Assembly: GCF_009914755.1 (NCBI RefSeq)
Contig: NC_060937.1
DNA from: the human T2T-CHM13v2.0 reference genome, Homo sapiens
Length of the DNA stretch: 64,000 nucleotides
Reading direction: 5' to 3' (one strand)
Shown: piece by piece, positions 13,086 to 25,900 of the stretch
Numbering within the stretch: the first letter of the stretch is position 1
Layout: each line of letters begins with the position of its first letter
Program-made: the position numbers and the translations under genes
Notes under the pieces: model-generated
What the model was told of the DNA's origin: nothing
What the model saw: the letters and a program-made list of their open reading frames with translations, nothing else
The model's database searches: none

Positions 13086-16000
13086 CTTTATAAAATATAA
13101 TAGTATCAATGTTATGCATTTGTTGTGACATGGTTCTTCCTCTGTGACCCAAAAATCCAGTTGAGATGACAAGACATGTACCTAAGAAGACAAGTTACAA
13201 CATAAAATGGCCTGTGCAAATGTTTAATAACTTAGAGTGGTGGAAGGTGTAAATATATCACAACTTAGAAAATAAGGTAACACTGTGCCTTTAAATTCGG
13301 AAGATTAAAACATTTTTCCAAATCTTAGTTTGTCCTCCATTTTATTAATGTTTAAATCATGAAAATATTAATTCTTCTTGTGGGAATTAACTGTCAACCA
13401 GAAATAAGATTATCTATTTGGATTTTTTAAATGTTTCTAATACCCTGTATTACTGCGGTAGTACTTCACCCAGGCTCATTTCATTCTTCTACACCTATTC
13501 CAATGGAATTGCAAGAGTTATTGTCCCCCTGGACTTCCGAAGTGGAAAGAATAGGAGAAAATGTAAGGAAGCTGCTCTTTGATCTCCGTGTACATCAATT
13601 ACAGGTAATAAATCCCCTGGCAGTTGAAGCTAAGACAGAATCTCAAAAGCACGTGGACTTTTCCTATTAGAAAATATAAACCAAATAGTGACTATTTGTT
13701 GTTTAGATTTATTTTGTGAGTAATGTAACTGAAAAAACAACCCGGCATTGAAGGATGTATCATTTTTAATCTCAGCACTTTTAGCTACTGCCAACACCAG
13801 ATAGAGTATCTTATTGCAATAATTCAAGGATTTCTCTATTAGTTTCTCTAAGCCCTTAAAGCAAATGAAGGCTCTTATGATATAAAACACCTTCTTTCTC
13901 TATTTTTTTTTCTCAGCTCTCAAGCCTAAATGCATTTCAGGGTAGAATTTTAAATGAACTAGATAAATGAAATTCTACCTAACTGTATTAATTTTTGACA
14001 CTCTTTTTATGATTCTTTTAAAAAGAACATAGAAACGAATTGCAGCTCGGGCTGCTGTACAGTCATGATGAATAGCATGCTACAAATAATATTTTTTTCA
14101 AACTTTTGAAAGAACAACTTAGATTTTTAATCTCTTAGGTGGGTTTACAAGCACCCTATGTCGATAACCAACCAAGGAGCTATGAATGAGGTTTCTTAAA
14201 CATAGAAAAGCATTCGTCTATTAAAGGAAGCATTTTCATACTTTTACTCCCTATTGTTTAACCTTTTGTTCCCATCACAAATATCTACACGTAGTTTTAT
14301 CTCTGACCTTGAGGGACTGTGTAGTTTTATCGAGGCTTCCTTTTAGATCATAGATGACCTTCAGCTGGTATCATTGAGCTCTGACCTGCCTCAGTGATCT
14401 GCTCACACAAAATACATATGCTGAGCAGTGCTCGTGTGTGCAGTAGGGGTAAGTGAATTATTTACAAAAATTTGAGTTGACACCTTTTATCAAATGTGGA
14501 AAGATGAAGACAAAACAGCTGCTATTGCTGTCGTAAGCAATCTGCTGGTGATTGAATAAAAGTGTCAAGAAAATGGCTGCTTGATGGCCTTTTGTTCTCC
14601 CTCATCCAGCTTGATGTTAGTTTGAGCTGTCAGTTAGGAATCACGGCAGTGTGATTTATCAATAGACTGAGTGACCTTCTATTTTAGCTTGTGATAGAAC
14701 TAGAAGACAGCACCCTCTACTGCGAATACACAGCACTTCCTCTTAGTGTGCCATTAGTCCGAGTGATTGGTTTGCATTTGCTAGAAACAACTTATCCTTA
14801 CGATAATTATGGCTTTTAAATTTTTGTCCTGTTTCAATTGCCTCCACACATTTATTAAAAATTAGTAAAATCCAAAAAAACTTCAAGCATATTTCTATAC
14901 CTTCCAGCAAACTAATTTAGAAAATCAGTATTTGAGATAAAATGCTTCCTCCTTGCTAATTAAACTGCAGAATAAGGAAACATTATCTTTGATAGCAAAC
15001 TGAATCTTTAAACAGTGTTTGGATTATATTGATATTAATAACCCGTTTGCATTAACTCAAGTTGTTTTATAGTCTCTATATAAAGAAAGATTTAGACTTA
15101 TTTTTCTGCCATAATATTGTGGACTCCTCAGGGAAAGATACTATTACCAATCAGAGCTTTGTGGATCCTTGAGTGATATGAAATCATAGTGGACCAAAAC
15201 CTTACAAATGGACATTTCTTCTGCCATCATGTAGAATATCATTATGCATTTTTAAAGTAGGCTTTTTTGTTTAATAGATATTTATTTGATCCCAACCTCA
15301 AATAAGGTGAAAGTAAATTATGAGAAAAAGAATATTATAGCAGCTATTGAAAAGGAAGTATTGAACATATTTAAATGAATTAAAATAGCCTTGTCTGATT
15401 TCCAATAGCACATAATCTTTTAACGTTCAGATCTAATTTGCTACAGTGTGTAGCAAATTTTAGTTCTTTTAAAAACTGTTTATATATTTATATATATGCT
15501 ATTTCAAATGCAGTTTTTTTAGCATTTCCTGGTAACTTTTTATTTTAACTTCTCATCTTATATTTTTAAATTAAATGTGAAAATCGCTGTTAGTATTATT
15601 TTGTTGGCTGTATAACACACTTAACTACTTAAAGATACAATATGGGACCATGTCTTTCTCCTGTCTGTCTGAGATGTAGTTTACATTGCACTACAGATTA
15701 AAGCACACCGGGTTAGGTGTATATAAAAATACATACTTAACTAGTTCACAAAATTTTCACTTTGTATTCATTGCCTTTCCTTCCCCTGATTCAATTCAGA
15801 CCATTAGGTATTTACCTGATTCTCACTTAAATCCACAGAAGCACCACAAACAGATCCAAACTTAGGGTTCAGACCTCAATTCCTTGCCTGAGCTTTGACT
15901 TTTTCTTTTCCACCCTGATATACATACACACCGTGACTTGTTCATAAAAGCTCTGCAGCAAAGTTGAATAATATGTAAATTTTATGTTGTAATGAATTAG

Positions 16001-17120
16001 GTCCTAAGATCTTTAAAGGTCAGACACCTGGTATAATACATCACATTCTTTAATATCAACTACAAAATAACTGTAATAAATTTTTCCAACACCACATCCT
16101 CACACACTGTTACCCACAAGGAAGCACCAAAGGAAATGTGTCATTTGTCAAAACATGCAGAAAAACTGGCATGTGTACAAGTCACTTTAAAAGTAATGCT
16201 CAGGTTAGAAATAGCTTTCCAAATGACTGTTTTGTGGTTAAACAAAGAAAAACACATTAATACTTAACTAAAATTATCTCCTGATATGCGAAAAGAAAAA
16301 TAAATAAATAACAATCTGAGATAGATGATAAAATGGTTTTAATTACTTACAGAATAACGTATAATTCAGAGGCAAAGAGCCTTATTTGATTATCCTTAAG
16401 GAAAAATTTAACAGGCATGGAAATTTAAGCATGGATGGGTGAGTGAGCTATTATAAAAATGATATAGCTATCTGAGTTATAGAAATTTGATAGTTGCTAT
16501 TAAAATAAAAATATTTATTTCTTTTATAACGCTATTTGCAAGCTTTAATTACAAGTCTCTATTATAAGAACATGTCTATTATCAAGAGAAGGAAAAAAGA
16601 TTTACCTGCAAATGAAGCAGACTTTGGGGATTAAAACAATGCAAACTCATGTCACTTCATGGACTCATTACCATCCACACCGTGTCTGTATTCTCCAGTA
16701 GTGTATTTTGTTAACAAGATACAAGTGAAATGGGTGTGTATGCAGAAATGTCCCACTAGGCTTTCTAGAGTGGATCCAGAGAGGACTCTGATATGTTATT
16801 TTTAATGTTATTGAAGGTATGTCCTTAAAATATACATTGTAAGTGGTTATTTTACATATACCCTCTGGTTTGGCAATAAGTTTTTAGATAGGGATTAAAA
16901 CTGTATTCGAGAAACCACTGAATATATTTATCAATTTAAATAATATGTGTGCTTTAAACTTAAATACGCTTAGGGAAAGACCGTGACCACTTTAACAACC
17001 AGTTTCATTTATTCCATTATATTCGATAATGGTTTTGTTAGCATGTACACATGGTATCAGTCAATAGTCACAAAATGAAGTGGAAATGTTGTCAAGATCA
17101 TTAACAAGCACCCCATAAGT

Positions 17121-17145
17121 AAAAAAAAAAAAAAAAAAAAAAAAA
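17121..17145 (+). repeat. Poly(A)25 tract
   Basis: Uninterrupted A run with no adjacent Alu or L1 body. Confidence 0.95.
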
Positions 17146-17664
17146 TTGAAACCAGCATAGTTTTAGTATTTGAAAGTTCTGGAAAATTGCCAAAATCCCA
17201 CCCTTTTTAGTGCATATACATAAAGTTAGCCAAAATATTCATAATCTTTATTGCCAAATCTAAAATGGACTTTCTGAGCTGGGGCAAATGTGTTGGCATG
17301 AACTCCCCCAACAAACAGCTGAACACCTGTTTTCTTGCTCCAAACAAACCCAGCGTAAAGCTCATTAGACAAACTGAAGGAAGTAAAGAGATCAAGAGTG
17401 AACCTTTCAGTGTTTTAATTAATTTGTTCAAAATGGGCAAAGAACAAAGGAGCAATTTAAGGAAAAGAAACGTACAGTAATCACAGGAAGGCAATTTAAA
17501 GTACGTTGACCCCCCCAAAAATGTTTTAGACCATAACACATAATGCTCATGAAGCTGTAGTAAGAGGGACGTGCTCATACTCTGCTGGTAGAAGTGTACA
17601 TTTCTTTGCGTTTCTGGAAAATGATTTAGTAGTAGGTATCTGCTAGGCAATTTGTCAGTAAGAC

Positions 17665-17960
17665 CCATTCATTCTTTCATTCAACAAAGGATTATTGAGT
17701 GCTTGATTTGTGCCTGACAGTGAAGAAAACAGGCAAAAACTCCTGCCCTCGTGGAGCTGATATTCTGATGAGGAGACGCACACAATTAACAAGCAAATAA
17801 TTGAATAGCCAGCATGCCAGATGTTGGTAAGAGGTATGGAGAAATTATTTGTATTTGCAGGGGAGGTGGCATAGGTGTCTGGCTACTTCAAATAGAATGA
17901 TTAAGGGTAGAGTCAACCGAAAAAGTGTAATCTGAGCAAAGACTAGAAAGAAGTGAAGGT
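17665..17960 (-). mobile_element. L2 LINE 3' region
   Basis: cattcattctttcattcaacaa...ctcctgccctcgtggagctgatattct. Confidence 0.75.
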
Positions 17961-18581
17961 TACTGAGGGGAGGAGCCCCAGCTATGGTTGATCTCAGAAC
18001 CCTACCTAGACCATACTCCACACAATCAGCTGGACTTATTGCTAGTCAGTATTGTCACAGGGACCCCCTAGCAGCATGCTTTCTGCTCTGATGACCATAT
18101 GGCAGATCTGCTACCTTAAATGTCCCTCTACTAGGGAACCCAATCCCACCTCAGTGGGGCAGGCATCCTGCCCCCGGGGATGTCCAACCCTTGATGAGCA
18201 ATCCTCAGTGCTGACAGGTAGCCAGGCCACAGTGCTGGGGCAGACAGCAGGACATGGCTAGCCATTTGTAAGCCTCTGGGCAAAGGGAGCCCTGCCCACA
18301 ATGACATCCCCATGAGACTGCAACCTGTCCTCCCTCTTCCTATCATGGATCCAAGTGCTCTCAGAGAAAACTCACATTAGTGCTCTTCATCTATCCTAGG
18401 GAATTAAGCAGGAATCAAAACCAAATATGTTTGAAGTTATTAATCAGTTATTTATACTGTAATGGAAATATTCAGTGAAAAGGCAGGATTGGAATTTGTA
18501 TTTACAATTTTTACATATATGGTTGTGCATGGAAAAAAGATACACGAGAATGACACTAATGTGTGAGCAATAGTTATGAAG

Positions 18582-18777
18582 CGAGGGTCAGCAAACTATG
18601 GCCCAAGGCACCAAATCTGACCCAATGTCTGTTTTTGTGCATAAAGTTTTATTGAAAGACAGCCCATTCATGTAAATGCTTTCACACAACCACAGAGCTG
18701 AATCGTTGCAGCCGAGACCATATGGCCTACCAAGCCTAAAATACTATCTGGCCTCAAAAAAGCTTGCAGGTCCCTGG
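18582..18777. mobile_element. MER58A (hAT-Charlie MITE)
   Basis: gggtcagcaaactatggccc...taaagttttattgaa...gagaccatatggcc...tactatctggcc...ccctg. Confidence 0.85.
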
Positions 18778-19019
18778 TCTGTAGATTTGGATTACAGACA
18801 TTTTGATTTCCTCCCTATGTCTCTGTCTTTTCTGTCTTCTCTACAGATAAAAATATATGATGGTTATAGTCAGAAACAAAAGGTATATAAATAATTTTGT
18901 TCATTTCCATTGTTCTGGGAATATGCTATTAAAGAATGAATGGTTACTATCAAATCCAGTCTGGTCATCAGCCATAGTTAAATAGCTCATAATGGGGGCT
19001 ATAAAATTACCATTCATGT

Positions 19020-19270
19020 CACAGACATTTGTTGTTAGCGTTACTACCTTTCAGGCACTGCTCTAAGTGCCTTACAACTGTAAACTCATCCAATCCTCAT
19101 AACAATTCTGTGAGATAGAAATTATTATTATCCTCGCTCACAGATGAGGAAACTGAAAAACAGGGGAGCTCAATAATTCACCCCTGGACACAGAGCACAC
19201 ACTCATTCATTAGAGCCAGTGTTCAAATCCAAGCCATCTGGAGCCAAGTCTACACTATTCATTGTGACTG
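19020..19270 (-). mobile_element. MIR SINE
   Basis: caggcactgctctaagtgc...aatcctcataacaattctgtgagatag...acagatgaggaaactga. Confidence 0.85.
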
Positions 19271-19447
19271 TTTAATTCTTGCATCACTTTCTTACGAGGA
19301 AGATGTTTTTTGTTTAGGGTAAAAATTAGTTTTCTCGAGTTAATAGCTAAAGTACAAAAACTTTTGCCGAGGCTGAAAGGGGGAAGAGGTAGGTGGGACA
19401 GAGAACAGAAGGAAGAATGTAGGGGATTAAATTTTCATAGTTCAGAC

Positions 19448-19746
<299 letters not shown>

Positions 19747-19790
19747 AGTTCAGACTATTTTTAAAAGATAGGTCACGAAAAGGAGTCTGC

Positions 19791-20225
19791 TATATCAGTA
19801 AGGGTTCTCTAAAGGAAAAGAACCAATAGGATATGTGTGGAGAGACAGAAAAAGAGAGATACAGAGAGAGAGAGAGAAATGAAGGAATTAACTCATACGA
19901 TTATGGAGACTGTCAGGTCTGAATTCTACAGGGTAGGCCAGCAGACCAGAAACCCAGGGAAAAGCTGATGCAGCTTGAATCCAAAGGCAATCTGGAGGCA
20001 GAATTGCTTCTTTCTCCAGTGACCTCAGGCTTTTTTTCTTAGGGCCTTCAACTGATTGGACAAGGCCCACCATATGATGCAGGGTAGTCTGCTTTAGTAA
20101 AGTCTATTGATTTATGTGTTAATTTCATGTAAAAAAAATACCTTCACAGTAACACCTAGACTGATGTTCGACCAAATATCTGCCTGCCATGACCTAGCTA
20201 AGCTTATACAAAAGTAACCATCACA
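19791..20225 (-). mobile_element. MLT2 (ERVL) solo LTR
   Basis: agggttctct...agaaccaataggat...ccttcaactgattgga...aaccatcaca terminus; 5-bp TSD tctgc/tctgg. Confidence 0.85.
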
Positions 20226-21030
20226 TCTGGGTAAAGAAACCAGAAGAAGGGAAAGAAAAGAAAGAGGACAAAGGCAGACAGCTGCAGTGCAATGTGGGAT
20301 TCAGAAAAGAAATGCATACTCCTCTTCCCTCAAGGAGTCTACAGTCTGTTAGGAGGAACAGACAAGCTGGCAGAAAAGGTACAGCTGTAGGTGGGGTCAT
20401 GCGGTGACTCTGAACTGGGATGTGGACACATCTGAGTATAGGTAGTCAGTGGGTGGACAGGCAGCCTGGGGAATTGGCTTGAGGGTTTAGCTTAGAGGTG
20501 AGGGGAGATGGTGGGTGGGGGAGAAGCTGGGAAGAGCAACAAGGAGGCCATAATCTAATCCCTGATCTTGTGCTGCAGGCAAAAGCAGAAAGCCCCGTCT
20601 CCAGAAGGCATTCCATGACCCGCCACAGCACCAGCCACGCCGCTTTGGTGAACAGAGGTCCATGTCATGCAGAAGGGGAACCTGGGGGGGCCTTGCTTCA
20701 GCTCCCATGGTGAAGGTTCCAAAGACCTAAACCACTTTTAGGTCTTAAGGGCTTACAGCTTAGGGAGGTTTAGGAAACAATACTCACTGCATTCTCACAA
20801 TAGTACCAGTGGGGCCTCAAATGAGTGTCAAATAGGGGTTTGAGCAACAGACGTGGCTGAGATCAGATGGGAGGTTACTGAACATGAGCATATGTCAGAC
20901 TTACCTGGAAAATCTCCACAACTGTTGAGCCTGTATGGAGGTTATTAGGGATTTGGGGTTGGTTTAATGCTCCTATCACCCCATTAGTACACATAGGCTT
21001 AGAAAACTTTGGTGATAGAGCACTCTATGA

Positions 21031-21384
<354 letters not shown>

Positions 21385-21569
21385 TGTGATGCCTGTTTTG
21401 ATGGACTCATGCACAGTGTGGAGCAAAGTCAAGGTGCCCTGAGAGGCCTTTGGAGTTTGGACAACTGCATGTAATTCTGGGGAACTTGAGCATGGAACAT
21501 GCAGGGGAGTGAAGGTTGAGTGACAGTCATTGCTTTTCTGGGTTTGTAGACCTTTTCAGATTGAGTGTT

Positions 21570-21925
21570 TGTATTAGTCCATTTTCATGCTGCTGATAAA
21601 ATATACCTGAGACTGGACAATTTACAAAAGAAAGAGGTTTATTGGACTTACATTTCCATGTGGCTGGGGAAGCCTCACAATCATGGCAGAAGGCAAGGAG
21701 AAGCAAGTCATGTCTTACGTGGATGACAGCAGGCACAGAGAGAGAGAGCTTGTGCAGGGGAACTCCTCTTTTTAAAACCAACAGATGTCATGAGACTTAT
21801 TCACTATCACGAGTACGGCATGGGAAAGACTTGCTGCCATAATTCAATTACCTCCCACCAGGCCCCTCCCACAACACATAGGAATTCAAGATGAGATCTA
21901 GGTGAGGACACAGCCAAACCATATC
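21570..21925 (-). mobile_element. THE1 (A/B-like) MaLR solo LTR
   Basis: tgtattagtcc...aagaggtttattggactta...cacagccaaaccatatc termini. Confidence 0.92.
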
Positions 21926-22118
21926 CATCTTTTTCAGATTGAATCAATGAACTACACTGATTCTTCCTTCCCTCTCCTTCCACCCACCACTCTCCCTATC
22001 CCTTCACTGCAAATTTGTATTCCTTAATTTCATCCTCCTCCCAGAGAAAATTTCTGTATTCATTTGCAGACCAGTAATTACCAAATGTGTTTGATTGGAA
22101 ACAAAAGTAGAATGTAAG

Positions 22119-22207
22119 CACCATGTTGGTCAGGTTGGTCTCGAACTCCCGACCTCAGGTGATCTGCCCACCTTGGCCTCCCAAAGTGCTGGGATTAAAG
22201 GTGTGGG
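22119..22207 (-). mobile_element. Internal AluS fragment embedded in an L2 3' end
   Basis: caccatgttggtcagg...cctcccaaagtgctgggattaaaggtgtg with no tail; L2 tagaatgtaag and agggcagggatttt flank it. Confidence 0.85.
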
Positions 22208-22740
22208 CATCAGGGCAGGGATTTTGTTTTCTGCTGCTCACTATTTTACCCCTGGTTCTTGACAGAGAGTAGACAGACAAGAAATATTGCGAAGACAAAA
22301 GAAAATAAAAGTGAGCTCAGTCTCCTTTTATGTTGGATATCAATAACTACTTATCACACATAGGGAAGCCCAGAAGATGTAAAATTGCTTAACAGAGTGC
22401 CTGGCACATGGTAAGGTATCAGCAAATGCCAGCTGTTTTTACTTATGTAAAGAAAAATAAAATCTGGAAAACAAAATATTAAGTTGCTAGGAATATAGTA
22501 GGGGCCAGATTATGAGGGGTCTCTGTATAAGATGTTTAAATTTTATCTAAAGGCAACATGTAAGTTTCAGAGAACTTTAAGCGAAGGAATACATGGTATG
22601 AGTTACATTTTAAGGCAACTTTTCTTGTAGCAATATGAAGACCAAACCGAAGTGGAATTTTGAAAAGTCAGAACAATAGAAGACAGCAGATTGGAGAGGT
22701 ATTGGGGAGGTAAAATCAGCAGGCGTTGTTAAGCATTTCA

Positions 22741-22944
<204 letters not shown>

Positions 22945-25900
22945 CTACAAATATATAAATGGTTTACCAAGAAAGCTCATGCAATCTTCTTTCCTGAAGT
23001 TCTTTAAAAATAAGATGAAGCCATCTTTCTTTGGTACCTGAAGGCTTGAGCTTGATCCAAAATTGATCCACTCTTTTGATGCTATGATTTCAACAAAAAA
23101 ATCAAAAAGCAGATATAACAGTGTATAGAAATAATGTGTAGTATTTGTAAAGTTTTAATGATATACACATTTTGTCTTTACATCTCCATATATTGTTTGT
23201 ATTTACTTACAGAACTTTTCCCATTCACCTTTAAATATGCTATCATTCTCTGCCTGTGATTTCTTTCCAATCATGTTCTCATTATATCTCTTCACTTTAC
23301 GACAATGACATTGCTACACAGTGACTTCATTACTGTAAAGAAACAATATGAGTTTACAGCTCAAAAAATATATAATTAAAAGCATAAATTATGGCTGCTG
23401 TCAACACAACAGACATTAACACTGAAACTTAGAACATAATGCAGAAATAGGTTAGGTTCATGCTACCTGAAGTCATTGTGAACCTTGAATGTTTTGTCTA
23501 CAAATAACTCACCCAAAAGTTATTTCATCTTTTTAAACAATGAAACTGGGTGAATCACCCTACATTGCCTCTTTTTCAGGTCTTTTCTCCTCCTAATACA
23601 TGCCACACTGATATTAAAAGATGTTATGAGAATTATTGAAGGCCACTGAAAGAGATTTTAGTATAAACTAGATTGCATAAAAAACCAAAGCAATTATAAA
23701 TATATACACTAATAGAAATCTTTAACCTTGTAAAAAGACCAAGAAAACTTATCCAACATCTAAGAAATATGACGTTTTAACTTCCATCTGCTAGGTAAAA
23801 TTACAACTATATCAACTTTTTAATTGGGTACAATTTTAGTCCTGGGAATCTCTAACAGACATGTTTTTGCCTGGAATGATGGGCCTCAGAGACGGAGATC
23901 CAGGAGAGAGTTGTGTACAAATAGAGGGTGCTTGGCCATTTTACTGGGGATATTGGAGTGGAAATCTATAATTAATTCAAGGGGCTAGAATAGATGAGCT
24001 CAAAGATTACCTACCACTAGAGGTTTCCAAATCTATAGAAAACACACACACATACACACCCTGAAAACGTCGACACTCCAAAATAACCTTCCTTCCCAAA
24101 ACTTCAATGTTTTCTTGTGTGTGTATGTGTGTGTTTGTATCTATATCTACATATCTATATTTAGGTAAATACATGTATGGACATATATAGCCATATGACT
24201 TCTAGATTTTTGAGTACTTTAATTATACATCTATATGTATAAATAGATATATAGATATATAAAATAAAATTATGCACACTGACTGATCAATGTTTCAGAG
24301 CTTTTATCTACATACAATCCTATAGAAAAATAAAATTATACAAAGAAAATGTATCTAAGAGCATGCATTCCTAAATATATTAGCAAGACCAAGTCTCCTC
24401 TGCTCTCTGAGAACTGCAATAGGACAATCACTCTGGTGTGGTTCCAATATAAGAAAACACTAGGCTATATATTATATATTTTCAGAAACATTTTCCATTG
24501 TTTTCTTTTTATTTGTATATAGTAATCTACTACATATTTCCTAATTATTGACGATTTTTGCAGACAGAAAACTAAGAGGATCATGCCTATCAGATACAAA
24601 GAAATATTTTCCTAATGTCGGATAGCAGACTATTATTCCTATATTTCATTATTTCACTGCTAAAGGATCTGCATATGTGATAAACAAGCAGACTCTTTGA
24701 AGAGTGATTTGTCATGTTTACCAAAACGTGAGGTCTAATTTCTGTTAAAATATTTTTCAATATTTTTAATGAATTTTAATAAAGGTTTATCAGGCGCTTG
24801 TTATGGTGCAGAACTTTTATTAAATTCTGTGATCCATAAAACGTTTTTTTGAATGACACATAGTTTAGTTTTTCATTTAGAGGCTATAAAAGTGTTCACA
24901 AAAGTTATGTTGAAAAAAAGTGATTGAAAGTGCTAAAACACTGTACAGAATATAAAATCCTTTCATAGACTTTTTATGACACATGAAACATGAGTCTTAA
25001 AGGTTTAATGTTACTGACTTTTATACAAGGCTTTTTAATTCTTGATTCCAGTTATGGTTCTGCAAATGAACTGTGACATTAAAAGGAATCAGGCTGGAAC
25101 TGCCTGGGCTCGCTTTCTAGATGAGCTCTGACTGGCCATGAGGGGTTTGCTCTAGGACCCACCGCCCACAACTGATTAACACCCACTTGCTTTTGTAGAA
25201 CAGAGGAGTGAGCCTGCTTAACAGATTCCCTCCTACCTAAATTTAGTATTAATTTTGGGGAGGGCACGTAGATTGCTATTAGCAAATATGAAGTGTGAAG
25301 GATGACCATGCCTTGATCCTTGTTTCTTTAATTCTGTACACTATTTACTGCTATCATTGTAATGTTGTCTTGATGAAATACAGAACCAATATTGCTGTCT
25401 GTCCCATTAGAATAATGAATAGAAATTAAGTTTGGCTCTACCTTTGGGAGTTTCAAGTCAAGGTACTGACTGGTCCAGTACAGAAGACAAATTTACCATG
25501 TTCTGTTCATTTAAAGCATTGTATTTAACCAAATGAAGTTGCCATTTTCTAGTTAAAACAATTAAAACCTTCAATTTCTTATGACTCACCTTAATTTTCC
25601 AAGACTGATTGAAAAATTACTGTTTCAAAAGCCACAGTGGTGGTTTGTGTTAAGAGAAGAATAGAACAATATGGATGAATCAAATCACTATAAGAAGTTG
25701 ATTTTGATCATTTAGATTAGACTTCAGAGTAATATGCTTGGCTTAAATTATCTGGAGTAGGACTCAACATAACCCATCATTTTGTACATATAGACACCAT
25801 CCTTGTTGGTTAATTTCCTAAAGGAATCACAGAAACCCCCAGGTTCTATCTGTTGATATTGTACTGTAAAGGTCACTTAGGCAAGAGCTTGAATATATAG

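Noticed and set aside
13431-13670. ORF with protein-like stretch MELQELLSPW...HQLQ ending at CAG|gtaata
   Set aside because: No family recognised and no partner exons; needs tBLASTn/PhyloCSF before any claim
17207-17668. 153-aa minus-strand ORF
   Set aside because: Overlaps decayed L1/L2 relics; no homology recognised
24771-24827. Imperfect inverted repeat gaattttaataaaggtt / aacttttattaaattc
   Set aside because: Very AT-rich and gapped; likely chance
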